Shown: in pieces, positions 15,021 to 26,286 of the stretch | How the letters are laid out: each line of letters begins with the position of its first letter | How positions within the stretch are numbered: position 1 is the stretch's first letter | From: Octopus sinensis | Lineage: Eukaryota | Direction: 5' to 3' | Length of the DNA: 64,000 nt | NCBI RefSeq assembly: GCF_006345805.1 | Contig: NC_043002.1 | Location: 37,696,001 to 37,760,000, forward strand | The notes under the pieces: model-generated | What the model saw: only the letters and a program-made list of their open reading frames with translations | Databases searched by the model: none | Told to the model about the DNA's origin: nothing | Translations under genes and position numbers: made by a program

Positions 15021-15165
15021 TCGGAGTAAGAAAATAAATGTGAAACAAGGTGGAAATAATAGTACTCAAATACCAGAGGCAGAGTAACATGCTTCAGCAA
15101 AAACAACAGAGATATCACAAAAACTGCTACTCAGATTTTCTCGTTCCCATTCGTAGAAACACTTT
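15021..15165 (-). mobile_element. Older copy of the short (TA)n-associated pseudo-LTR tail also seen at 41535-41680
   Basis: Shares ataaatgtgaaacaaggtgg..agtactcaaataccag..g.agag.aa.atgct with 41535-41610; the hammerhead region is decayed. Confidence 0.65.
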
Positions 15166-15524
15166 TGTTAGAATGGAACAGAAATGACGATATAATCAAA
15201 TATAAATTAGTTTAAAGGATACACCTTTGAAAATGGCTTTGGTCCTTTTAACTAACGGTCTTAAGCATGCAACGAAAAAAATAAATTCAGTATAAATTCC
15301 TCTTGGTGTAAAATCGAAAACCCTAAATCGAAACGCAGATTCTAAATACATCTGGTAAATTATTATATACAAAATAGGAATCAATTAATACATTAAAATT
15401 AAAATAAAAAATGTCACGCTGTATAACATACATATTTATTCAGCAGCATATACACATACTAAGCCACCTATAATACAGATATATACACTAACATATACAC
15501 AGATGCATGTACATTGTAATATAC

Positions 15525-15555
<31 letters not shown>

Positions 15556-16641
15556 CACACACTCACTCACACACCTGTATGTACGCGCACACACATGCAC
15601 ATACACACACTTCCCCACACCCACACGTACATACATACACACTCACACACATACACACACACACACATACGGACATACATCTATGCACACACATACATAC
15701 ACACATACTCACATACATTCATCGGACACACTGCCACCCAGACGTACACACAGACACACTCACACATCCACACACATACATACTTACGCGCATACTCGCA
15801 GGCGCGCGCACACACGCGCTTGCGCCGGTTCGCGCACGCATACGCGCCGCATGCACCTCGCTCTTGGACCCGACGAGACCTCCCGCCCGTTCCTGGGACC
15901 GTTGCGTGTCGTTGGGTTTTCCCACGCCCGTCTCCGCCGGACCACTCTTCCATCTTCCCCTCAGCTGGAGTCCTTTTTCCTTAACCCCCCCCTTTTTCGT
16001 TACACACGCGCGCACACATATACACACATTGCTTAAATATATACATTACTCTTACACACATTCAATCTACTCGCCATTAATACCACCACGACACTGGACA
16101 CACACACACACTACTACTCAACACACGCTGGCACGCTACATACGCCCCCACCCCTTCCCCTCCCTCCCTTCCTCCTTCCTTCTTTTTCTTACTACTGACC
16201 TTGTCTGCTAAGCTGACCACTCGTCTCGCCCTACCTCACACGCCTACACACAGACGCACACACTAACACACACATATTTTTTTGTTTTTTCATCTCGCCT
16301 CACACACACACATACACACACGCACACGCACACACTCACACATACACACACATCTGTTGCGTTACCAACCTTGTCTCCACTCTTTTGTCTTTAAAAACCC
16401 ACTTTGCTCTGTTATCGTAAACATCCGCCTTTCACCATGTGCAACTCGTAAACACCAGTCGTCTTTTTTCTCTTTCCCTGTTGCCCGCTCTGGGATCTTC
16501 TTTCCTCTCTCTCTTTCTTTGTGTTCCGACGAAGAGCTCCGCTCGAAACGTCATACCTCCCTGCTTCCATTTCCTGAGCGCCTATTAATAATAATACTGT
16601 AATTGTTCCATTGTTGTTGTTTTTTGTTTCCCGTTTGGATT

Positions 16642-16647
<6 letters not shown>
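15556..16647 (+). mobile_element. Non-coding (CA)-rich repeat element X, 5'-truncated copy 1
   Basis: Colinear reverse complement of 33685-34806, including unique GC-rich blocks (ttggacccgacgagacc..., ccactttgctctgttatcg..., gagcgcctattaataataatactgtaattgttcc); flanked by (TA)n on both sides. Confidence 0.85.
16521..16556 (+). ncRNA. Minimal hammerhead-like motif with variant core (CCGACGA-A-GAGC-TCC-GCTC-GAAA-CGTC)
   Basis: 4-bp stem II, GAAA, palindromic ACGT stem III, GUC site; U4 replaced by C and stem I is imperfect. Confidence 0.45.
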
Positions 16648-16702
<55 letters not shown>

Positions 16703-17616
16703 TATGATATAGATAAAAATACACAAATACACATGTACATATATGTATGCACACATGCGCGCGCACAAAATCACTTGGTCATACAGGTCATCAATTACAG
16801 ACGAAAGAAATGGGAAGTATACATTAAGCGTAGAGAGGAGGGGAAAGAAAAGGAAAAGGAAAGCTAGCGCGAGAAGAGAGAAAATGAGTGTACTGTGTAA
16901 GGGACGCTATCGAGATTCGAGTAGGAAGAGAAAATATACTTCGAGTAAGAAAAGAAAAGAAAGTTCTACGAAATGCGTGTCACGAACTCAGACATAAAAT
17001 AAAATTACATATATATACATATACTTAAGAATATGTTTGCATACAAATATACATATATGATTCTGTATATAACTATACAAAACTATCTTCACAAATTCAT
17101 GCTCACGCGAATTTAAGTATACACGTATACATATACATCCATGTACGTATATACATAGTTATAAACATACACGTTTACTTACACACATACACAGACGCAC
17201 ACATACATATGCATACCCATAGTACACACATACACATACAAACATATCTAGATCATAACTTACATATACAAACAATATTTAAAAAGCTGCTCAGTTAATA
17301 TAAAATTAAAATTCTGATAAAAAAAGCATTTACAAAATGCAGCACCATATATAGCGTTATCTATAAATTAAGTGTAACAATTAAATAGATTTGTAAAATG
17401 CAATAAAATAAAATAATAACATAATAAAAATAATAATGATGAACCTCGGTAAAGTTTAAGCTTGAAAATATGTTAAACAGTCGAAGGTTTTCTTAAAGAA
17501 TACGTCGAAATATATGTTCGATAACGTTGCAATGCGAAATAACCATACATTACAAATACAAACTCAAAAGTGGCATTTGAAACAAATTTCAAAGTCAACA
17601 TATATTATCCATATGG

Positions 17617-18210
17617 CATTTTGTCGGTTGACATTTTAAATTTTGTTGCGTGCCTGCAGGAATTTACGAGATCACGTCTTTGATTCAAAGCACCATTATC
17701 TTGGAATACAATAAAGTATTTTTCCAAAAGGCATAAATTGCATTGCATGGACTTTATGTGCTCCGTGTGCGTAAGCTGATGCTTTATCTAAGATTTTTCG
17801 ATGTTACTTTGGAAGGACGGGTTTCATTTTCTTTCAGTTCCCAGATATTTTGCCAGTCTAGTCTTTGTCATATTTTCAGGGTACCGGAAGGAAGTTCTGT
17901 GGGAATATAATCTGATCTTGTACGTTATATATTCTTGTGAGCCTTCTATTTGTACCTTGGCCCTATACATAATCCCTTTCTCCAGACATTTTCCTTCCAT
18001 GGACAGGAGGTCTCATCTTTGAAATAACGATTCTTAGGATTTGAATCGGCACTGCAGCTATCTGTAATTATTTTAGTGTTGAGTTGGCTAATGAAAGAGG
18101 CGAAGGTTTTACGACAAGAATAGCTAATCTTCAGCGTTTTTCTATTACATATTCAGTAAAGCTTATGGCTAGGTTGAAAACGTTTAGAAACTAATGTTAA
18201 GAATTCCCTA
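17617..18210 (-). pseudogene. Old decayed Penelope-like element, linker plus GIY-YIG endonuclease region
   Basis: Minus translation with frameshifts: KRFQPSHKLY*ICNRKTLKISYSC...SCP..GKCLEKGIMYRAKV...LAKY.WELKENE...CNLCLLEKYFIVFQDNGALNQRRDLVNSCRHATKFKMS; same motif order as 19.96-21.1 kb. Confidence 0.75.
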
Positions 18211-18217
18211 CCTATAT

Positions 18218-18250
<33 letters not shown>

Positions 18251-18363
18251 CAAAAAGCAATAAAGATTCAAGTTAATTTAAATGAATTTACTTGAATATG
18301 GTACCTAACTTAGATGCACCAAAAAAACTATACGGTTTTAACAATACAGTAATGTGGGGTGAT

Positions 18364-19377
18364 TATAAGCGAGAAAGAAGCAACAAGAATGGATAGGTTT
18401 TTAGTACAATCGTTTCATACAAGGACAGGCTTTATTAAAAGTTGCAAAAATTGCAGCATATAAACGTGTCCCGTACTCATCAGCTAAAATACATGTGATT
18501 CTCTAGACATCCTAGTGGTTGAGGCTATACTCATGAAGTAATGTAGATAATTAAGTAACATAAACAGATTTCCAAAGTTCATTAAAGTTCTTTAAAGATG
18601 ATGTACAGTCTTATCACAGAATTTTAAAAAAGTTTTAATAGCATCACAGAGAAGGTGACTTAATCCATAGTGTACATATGAATTTCCAGAGATATGAGGA
18701 GGGATTACATACTCACAGACGACAATTTATCCATTGCTAATCACAACGAGGTGGGTCTCATTCCTGCTTATTAGCATTACAGAGAGGGTGAATTAATCCT
18801 TTGTATAGATGCACAATTTCCAATGGTGTAGATGTAAATTTCTAGAGAAATGAAGAGGAATTTCATATTCACAGGCGATAAATTTATCAATGGTTGAACA
18901 CATGAGGTAGGTATCAATTCTTGCTATATGATTAGGTATTTGCCACATTAATCACATTACTGCTATTTACCAGAGACTGTAGCTATTTAACTTTTAAAGG
19001 CTGAAGGGCTTTCTAGAGAGGCAAAGAACAGAAAAGGGAAGGAAAGAGAAGAAAAGAGAGAAAATAAGGAGGAGGGAGCAAAAGGGGGGGGACTAAAAGA
19101 GAAGAGAAAAGGAAAAGAAAAAAAGAAAAAGAGAATAAGAAGAAGAAAAATAAAAAGAGAAAAGAGAAAGAAATAGGGAAAGAAGGGAAAAAAGTAAAAA
19201 GAAAAAAAGAGGGTTCTAGTTATACAGAAGAATTAGTAGACGGCAAGTCTGGTTTTAATTTACAGGCATCTAGGAACTAGAGGAGAATATTATTCTTTGA
19301 CCAGTAAAACGGCTAATTTATTGCTGTTGAAAGCAGCTATGAATTTAAAGAGAATCTAAAGAGATAACACGGTCAGG
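18364..19377 (-). repeat. Left (inverted) pseudo-LTR arm; partner at 21676-22695
   Basis: Reverse complement of 21676-22695 with only a few substitutions and several single-base indels. Confidence 0.95.
18399..18489 (-). ncRNA. Type I hammerhead ribozyme (left pLTR copy)
   Basis: Minus strand: TTTTAG-CTGATGA-[extended stem II]-GAAAC-GATT-GTA-CTAAAA; perfect 6-bp stem I. Confidence 0.8.
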
Positions 19378-21102
19378 ATTTCAACCTCAGTATAACGTAT
19401 GAACCGGGCACTAAAATAGTTAACTTCCTAGATATTACGCTAGACCTTAACTCCAAGCTGCATTACCCATTTAGAAAGGAAGGCGAAATCACGAATTACG
19501 TAAATAAATTATCAAATCATCCCCCAAATATAATTGAATCTTTAGTAAAAAATATTTCATTAAGAATTTCAAAATTATCATCCAATAAGAATATATTTAA
19601 CTCCCATTCTGAGCATTATAATGCGGCGTTAACTAAGGCTGGATACAACCAAAAGATTACATTCGTTGATAAGGAGAACTCACGTATTCCTAATAAAGAA
19701 GTTATCAGTAATCACGTAAGCAGCAATACAGACCAAGCCCGAAATAAAAGTAGAATTAAATTAACGGTAAACGCTAATCTAACGTACAGGCCCAACAATT
19801 CAAATAGAAGCATTGACCAGAACATAGGTAACCCGGATAATATCGAAGTAGATAAACCAAAGATGCACACAAATAAAAATAAAAATAAAAATAATGGTAA
19901 TAAATACAATAACTCCGGTGAGATGAATAGTAATAATTCTACGAACCCTAAATTTAATAAAAAAGATATATTATGGCTGAATATTCCTTTCAACTGTGCG
20001 ATACAATCGGATATACAGAACAAATTCAAAGTAATTCTGGAAAAAAATTTCCCAATCTCTCATAGATATCATAGAATTATTTCTAGGAAAACAGTTAGGA
20101 TTTCTTATTCAACCCTCCCAAATATGTCCACTTTAATAGCTAAGATTAATAATACAACATTAAACTAGCCAGGAAAGATAGAAATAAAATAATAATATCA
20201 GCATGAATACCAATAGCAATTATAATAATACTACCAACAATAAAAACAGCAATAGTAACTATCAAAACATGGGTGAAATTAGTAACCACAGAATGACTAA
20301 TAACATTAACATTAATAGTAATAATAGCAATACCGATATTAATAGAAGTAATAATGTTAATAATAGAAATAATAGAAATAAGGCTAATGGAGAAAATAAG
20401 GAGAATGAAAATATCAGTGATATCTATAACAACAATATGCAGTCGGATAAAAAGACTAACAATAATAGTAACATTACCAATAATATAAGAAATCATGGTA
20501 GGACTTTAGACCTAAAAGATGAAACAGAAGGATCAATAAATAATAGCAATACTTTAGATATCAGCACCAACTATAGAAATATTAATAACAATAAGGACAA
20601 TTATACTCATGATAATCAAAATAATAGGAACCTAAGACATCTACCCAAGAATAATCCAAAACCTGAAGTTGTTCCTCCTGTGTGTAAGTGTAGAATAAAA
20701 TCAAAATGCCCGGCACCTGGTCTATGCGGGGAAAATAATGTAATCTATAAATGTACCATATCCACGGAGAATAACAATATTTTTACATTGGATGTACAAT
20801 TAATTTTTTAGCCAGAGTTAGAAATCACATCTCGTCTTTTAAATTACGCCATAAAGCTGGTACCACCACACTTACAAACAAAATCTGGGAACTCAAAAAT
20901 AATAATATAATTATAACCTTAATTGGGAATAGTTAGGAGAGCAATTCCGTATAAAAATAGCAGGGTTGGTTGCCAACTATGCTCCATGGAGACGTATGAA
21001 ATTCTTAAGCATAGAAAACATAGAAACTTATTGAATAACCATATCGAACTAGGTCAAGTTTGTGTCCACGCTAAATTGAAGACTTTAAAATATTTTAAAT
21101 GA
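19374..21102 (+). pseudogene. PLE polyprotein, 5'-truncated: RT thumb, Asn-rich linkers, Cys-rich motif, GIY-YIG endonuclease with CCHH
   Basis: QDFNLSITYEPGTKIVNFLDITLDL..YVNKLSNHPPNII..YNAALTKAGY (open from 19374 to the stop at 20166-20168, same frame as ORF 19863); ILWLNIPFN..RISYSTLPNM; CKCRIKSKCPAPGLC; VIYKC..YIGCT..RVRNH; CQLC..CVH; TGA 21100-21102; frameshifts near 20165-20200, 20780 and 20920. Confidence 0.9.
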
Positions 21103-21675
21103 TTAGAATATTCGTAACTAGATAGATAGATAGATATAACTTGATTTTTACTAGTATAGCACTGCTTTAAGTAGATAACTAGAGTTCTCACACTACAGTT
21201 ATCTTTTTCCTTATATCTGCATCAGTTTTTTGAGAACAGGGAAATGAATAGTACTTATACGCTGCTTAATTGAGGCTTTATTTAATTTCAAACTCATAAT
21301 TTTAAATCTTAATTTTAAATCTTAACTTTAATTTTTAATTTTAATTCTTAACTTAATCTAATTTAAGTAGCATAACTTTAATAAAATAAAATGAGTTACT
21401 AAAGCCCCATAATTCTATTTCAAAATTAAATAAATAAGGCTACTCCCTCGGTAATAATATGATTATCTTCATTATGATAGACAATTCCCTAACACCTTGT
21501 AAATGATCTTCTAAGATTTGACCTGTAGTCCGTCAATGTATGAATAATAACGGCAACTCCTTAAGACAGTAAAATGAATAAATTAAATAAATAAATTTTA
21601 ATGACTTTTTGATAAGATTATACTTAGATTTTCCTAATGTATTTTCTTTTGATTTTAGCCTTTGACCCCTAAACC

Positions 21676-22689
21676 CCTGACCGTGTTATCTCTTTAGATT
21701 CTCTTTAAATTCATAGCTGCTTTCAACAGCAATAAATTAGCTGTTTTACTGGTCAAAGAATAATATTCTCCTCTAGTTCCTAGATGCCTGTAAATTAAAA
21801 CCAGACTTGCCGTCTACTAATTCTTCTGTATAACTAGAACCCTCTTTTTTTCTTTTTCTTTTTTCCCTTCTTTCCCTATTTCTTTCTCTTTTCTCTTTTT
21901 TATTTTTCTTCTTCTTATTCTCTTTTTCTTTTTTTCTTTTTCCTTTTCTCTTCTCTTTTAGTCCCCCCCCCTTTTGCTCCCTCCTCCTTTATTTTCTCTC
22001 TTTTCTTCTCTTTCCTTCCCTTTTCTGTTCTTTGCCTCTCTAGAAAGCCCTTCAGCCTTTAAAAGTTAAATAGCTACAGTCTCTGGTAAATAGCAGTAAT
22101 GTGATTAATGTGGCAAATACCTAATCATATAGCAAGAATTGATACCTACCTCATTGTGTTCAACCATTGATAAATTTATCGCCTGTGAATATGAAATTCC
22201 TCTTCATTTCTCCAGAAATTTACATCTACACCATTGGAAATTGTGCATCTATACAAAGGATTAATTCACCCTCTCTGTAATGCTAATAAGCAGGAATTGA
22301 GACCCACCTCGTTGTGATTAGCAATGGATAAATTTGTCGTCTGTGAGTATGTAATCCCTCCTCATATCTCTGGAAATTCATATGTACACTATGGATTAAG
22401 TCACCTTCTCTGTGATGCTATTAAAACTTTTTAAAATTCTGTGATAAGACTGTACATCATCTTTAAAGAACTTTAATGAACTTTGGAAATCTGTTTATGT
22501 TACTTAATTATCTACATTACTTCATGAGTATAGCCTCAACCACTAGGATGTCTAGAGAACTCACATGTATTTTAGCTGATGAGTACGGGACACGTTTATA
22601 TGCTGCAATTTTTGCAACTTTTAATAAAGCCTGTCCTTGTATGAAACGATTGTACTGAAAACCTATCCATTCTTGTTGCTTCTTTCTCG

Positions 22690-22695
<6 letters not shown>
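21676..22695 (+). repeat. Right pseudo-LTR arm (3' end of the PLE)
   Basis: Sense copy of the arm, ending in (TA)n; contains a pyrimidine tract and a degenerate ~130-150-bp internal tandem duplication at 22135-22420. Confidence 0.95.
22570..22660 (+). ncRNA. Type I hammerhead ribozyme (right pLTR copy)
   Basis: TTTTAG(22570-75)-CTGATGA(22576-82)-GTACGGGACA...TGTCCTTGTAT-GAAA(22643-46)-CGATTG-TA; predicted cleavage after 22654; stem I partner CTGAAA. PLE pLTRs are known to carry minimal type I hammerheads. Confidence 0.8.
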
Positions 22696-22771
<76 letters not shown>

Positions 22772-22800
22772 CGTATATATACGTATATATACATATATAT

Positions 22801-23029
22801 ATACTTATAAATAGGTTTCAGCAACGATTTGCTTCACCACCTACCGAAGTCTAGAAATAGCAGTCAAAAAATCTTAGCTATTCCTTCTACTTTAAAAGGG
22901 GCTCAAGTACTTTGGTTTTTCTGGGAGCCCCTTTTAAAGTAGAAGGAATAGCTAAGATTTTTTGACTGCTATTTCTAATCTTCGGTATGTGGTGAAGCAA
23001 ATCGTTGCTGAACCCTATTTATAAAGTAT
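22801..23029. repeat. Fold-back hairpin element (~104-bp arms, 20-nt spacer)
   Basis: 22801-22904 is a near-perfect reverse complement of 22925-23029; abuts (TA)-rich tract. Confidence 0.9.
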
Positions 23030-23126
23030 TACTTAAGCTTACCATGAATTGATCTTTATTATGCCGAATTCTACTTGGTGAAATTACTGATTACTTCTTA
23101 ATTGATTTCACCCTTTATTATTACTC

Positions 23127-23197
<71 letters not shown>

Positions 23198-24131
23198 GTA
23201 CATACATATACATATATATATATACAAATACATATATATGTACACACACACACACACCACACACACATATATATATATATACATACATATATACACATAC
23301 ACCTATATCCATACATATATGTATTTTTAAAGATGACAATGTGTAGCGCACTATGTTATCAAGTGAAGGATACAGAACCAGAATTTCTGGAAATCTGTTA
23401 AGCGAATAATTTAGTTACTATGAAAATTCGAGAGAACCGGCTGTGGTGTCTTAGACACTTTACATTCGCCATTTGGAATGACGTCTGTTGATAATTCCAC
23501 AAGTTAAGATTATTTATAGAGAGATCTGTAAATGTGCAATTTACAAATACTATAATTAAGGAAATCACAGCCTTGTTATAAACATCAGCTATGGACCACG
23601 TGCTGTAGATAATTACTGTGCCTATCGGAATTAAATGTTGATACTACTGCCATCAATTGATGATGTATCAAACCAAAGTACTTCGAGTAGAAATAAGATG
23701 GAATGATAGTGAAGGAGAAGAAACATTGTCATCAAGAGTTTGCATTAAATTTCATCGAATTTCTGAAATGTGTCCATAGCTGACTATATTGGATTTTACA
23801 CCGTACAGTGTTTGTTAATTAAGCCTGATATGGTTAAAGAATAGCGAGCATTTTGAGGATGATAGAGATTGGAAAGTGAAGTGGTTAGAAAAAGTGAAGG
23901 AATAAAATCATATAGAGAGTTTGAGTGAAAAGCTGAGTGGAAAGTGAGCATAAGAGAAGTACGGAGAAATGTACGGAGAAGGAACTGAAAGCAAGAAAGA
24001 GAGAGAGAGAGAGAGAGAGAGGGGGGAGAGAGAGAGAAAGGGGGAGGAAGATAAAACAATTTGCTAGTATCGACAAGCATTGGAAAATTAGTGTTTTTGC
24101 AGGGCACATTTGGAATTATTGCTATAAGTAA

Positions 24132-24151
24132 TATCTATGTATCTGTATCTG

Positions 24152-24240
<89 letters not shown>
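24132..24240. repeat. (TATC)n tract, 5' flank of the Tx1-like LINE
   Basis: Direct reading; the tract resumes at 26217 and 26596. Confidence 0.95.
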
Positions 24241-24241
<1 letters not shown>

Positions 24242-26216
24242 CAGAGGCATCCGTTCGGTAATACGCGTGAATGGACATCTATCGAGACCCTTCGACATCG
24301 CACGTTCGGTCCGTCAGGGATGCCCCCTCTCGTCGCTTTTATACGTATTGACTCTCGAGCCATTATTGCGGAAGCTGGCAACTTTGAGGGGCATCCCGCG
24401 AGAACTGGGATGCGGGACGAGCGTGTCTGCATACGCGGACGACGTCACCGTCATAGTGTCTAGCCACGAGCACATCGAGCAGGTCGGCGAGACACTGAAA
24501 AACTACGAAGCGGTGACAGGAGCGAAAATCAACCAGGAAAAGTCAGTGGGCTTGCGACTAGGCACCTGGAGAAGCAAGCCCATGCCGTCCACCAGCGCCT
24601 CCGTCGTGGGACGCTGGACCGACGGCCCGGTTGAGTTGCTCGGGGTCTGGTTTGGTCCGGACCTCCAAGTGGAGAAGAACTGGAACGAGATAACGAGTAG
24701 GGTGGTCACTCTCGCCCGGCAATGGGCCGAGAGGAAACTGTCCCTAAAAGGTCGGGCGGAGGTGGCGAACACGTACATCGCGTCCGTCATCTACTACCGC
24801 CTGACCGTTGTACCTTGTCCCGACTCTACCATCACCAAACTACAACGCATTCTCTTTCGCTTCTTGTGGAAAGGATGCGTCCCGATGGTCAGGCGATCCA
24901 TTTGCTGTCAACACCCGTTAAAAGGAGGGCTGGGCATGCCGTGGTTGATGATGCGCAGACACGCGCTGAGACTGCGACATCTCTGGCTCTATGTAGACGA
25001 CGGTGAACAGGTGTGGTCGCCGTTTGTGAGGCACGCTTTCCCGCAGCTCGTCTCCATGACCGAACTGCAGTCGTGGATCAAAAAGAGGCCGAGGAAGGTC
25101 GAATGGCACCGCGAGTGTCGCGTTGCTCTCAAGCAACTCTGCCGTCCTGGGTCGACCTTGAGTGACTTCAACACAACCAAAGCATTCTATAGGGGAGTAG
25201 TGGAGGGGAGGTACGACGATGAGCTCGGGGCGAACCTGGACGTCGACGAGGAGTACCTGACCCGCCTGTTCAGGACGACTTTCGGGCCAGGGCCCATGGA
25301 CAACTTCCAGAGATCCCTGGCCTGGCAGTGTTACCGAGAAGCGCTACCCGTTCGGGATAAGCTCTACAGACACGGCTCGAGAAACACGGGGCCGACCTGC
25401 CCGAGATGCGGTCAGAGCGACGAAACCGTTCTGCACGCACTCGTGCAGTGTCCAAAAATTTCCGACCTGTGGGCTTGTGTCGAACAACTGCTGTCACGTG
25501 TGGGACGAGTCGGTTTATCAGCTGAGTCTATCGTCAATATTGTCACGCCTCCTTCATTCAAACGGGAAGGAAGAGCTATTTTCATCATCCTTGTGGCTAT
25601 GGCGAAAGAATGTATCTGGTGGACGCGTCTGAAAGGATTGGAGACAAACACTTTCCTCTCTGGTCAATCTCTCATCAACTTCTTCAAGTATCACTTGAAA
25701 AGGAAAGTGAGAGTAGAGAGGCAAGTTTGTCTAGCGAATGTTTTAAAAAAAGATGGGTGAATGTAGCAAGGATGGCACGTATGAATGACGAAGCCACCTT
25801 GAGCATAATCCTATGAACCCAGAAATTGAAAACAGAGGGTTACCCACTTGCAAACAAATGTGGTAACATATAACAATATTGACCAAGGTTACCGTGGTCT
25901 TTTTCGTAGGCTTTTCTTCCCACGGATAAACCTTACTTGCTTTCCCCTTTACACCATATATCATAACACTGTGATACACGATCCCTATTGATCGTTCTTT
26001 TTTTTCCTCTTCCCCCTTTTTTCTTCTTTTTTCATTTCTCTTTTCTTTTGTTCCTTTTCCTTTTCTTTTTTTTCTTTTTTTCTTTTTCTTTTTTATTTTA
26101 TTTATTTATTATTATTTTTTTCTTTTGTTTTTTGTTTTTTTTCATCCCCCAAAAGAAAAGCTCTACCTTGTAACTTGTCCCATCTGTGTGCAGCCCTGTG
26201 TGGCCAACAAAAAACA
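24241..26216 (+). mobile_element. 5'-truncated L1/Tx1-clade non-LTR retrotransposon
   Basis: GC/CpG-rich ORF2 3' half plus ~400-bp 3' UTR ending caacaaaaaaca, flanked by (TATC)n on both sides. Confidence 0.9.
24243..25816 (+). CDS. ORF2 C-terminal part: reverse transcriptase motifs and CCHC zinc knuckle (5'-truncated, one frameshift at ~25727)
   Basis: VRQGCPLS, AYADDV (YADD at 24432-24443), LLGVWFG, KLSLKGRAEVAN, GGLGMP, CPRCGQSDETVLHALVQC; one added T at 25726-28 gives ERQVLSSECFKKRWVNVARMARMNDEATLSIIL*. Confidence 0.85.
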
Positions 26217-26237
26217 TATCTATCTATCTATCTATCC

Positions 26238-26285
<48 letters not shown>

Positions 26286-26286
<1 letters not shown>

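Larger units (their letters stand above)
18251..22695 (+). mobile_element. Penelope-like retroelement insertion: inverted pLTR + 5'-truncated ORF + 3' UTR/pLTR, in (TA)n
   Basis: PLE protein motifs, ~1-kb inverted arms, hammerheads in both arms, (TA)n at 18225-18250 and from ~22692. Confidence 0.9.

Noticed and set aside
13384-15090. Many long ORFs rich in YI/HT/CV (also at 2.6-3.0, 23.1, 27.5, 34-36.5, 60 and 62 kb)
   Set aside because: They are translations of dinucleotide and tetranucleotide repeats that lack stop codons, open in several frames and on both strands, with no domain content.
24241-25816. Horizontal transfer or contamination suggested by the high GC of the Tx1-like ORF
   Set aside because: The junctions are clean, a diverged relative sits next to it, and a resident SINE shares its tail; young LINE ORFs are commonly more GC-rich than the host.
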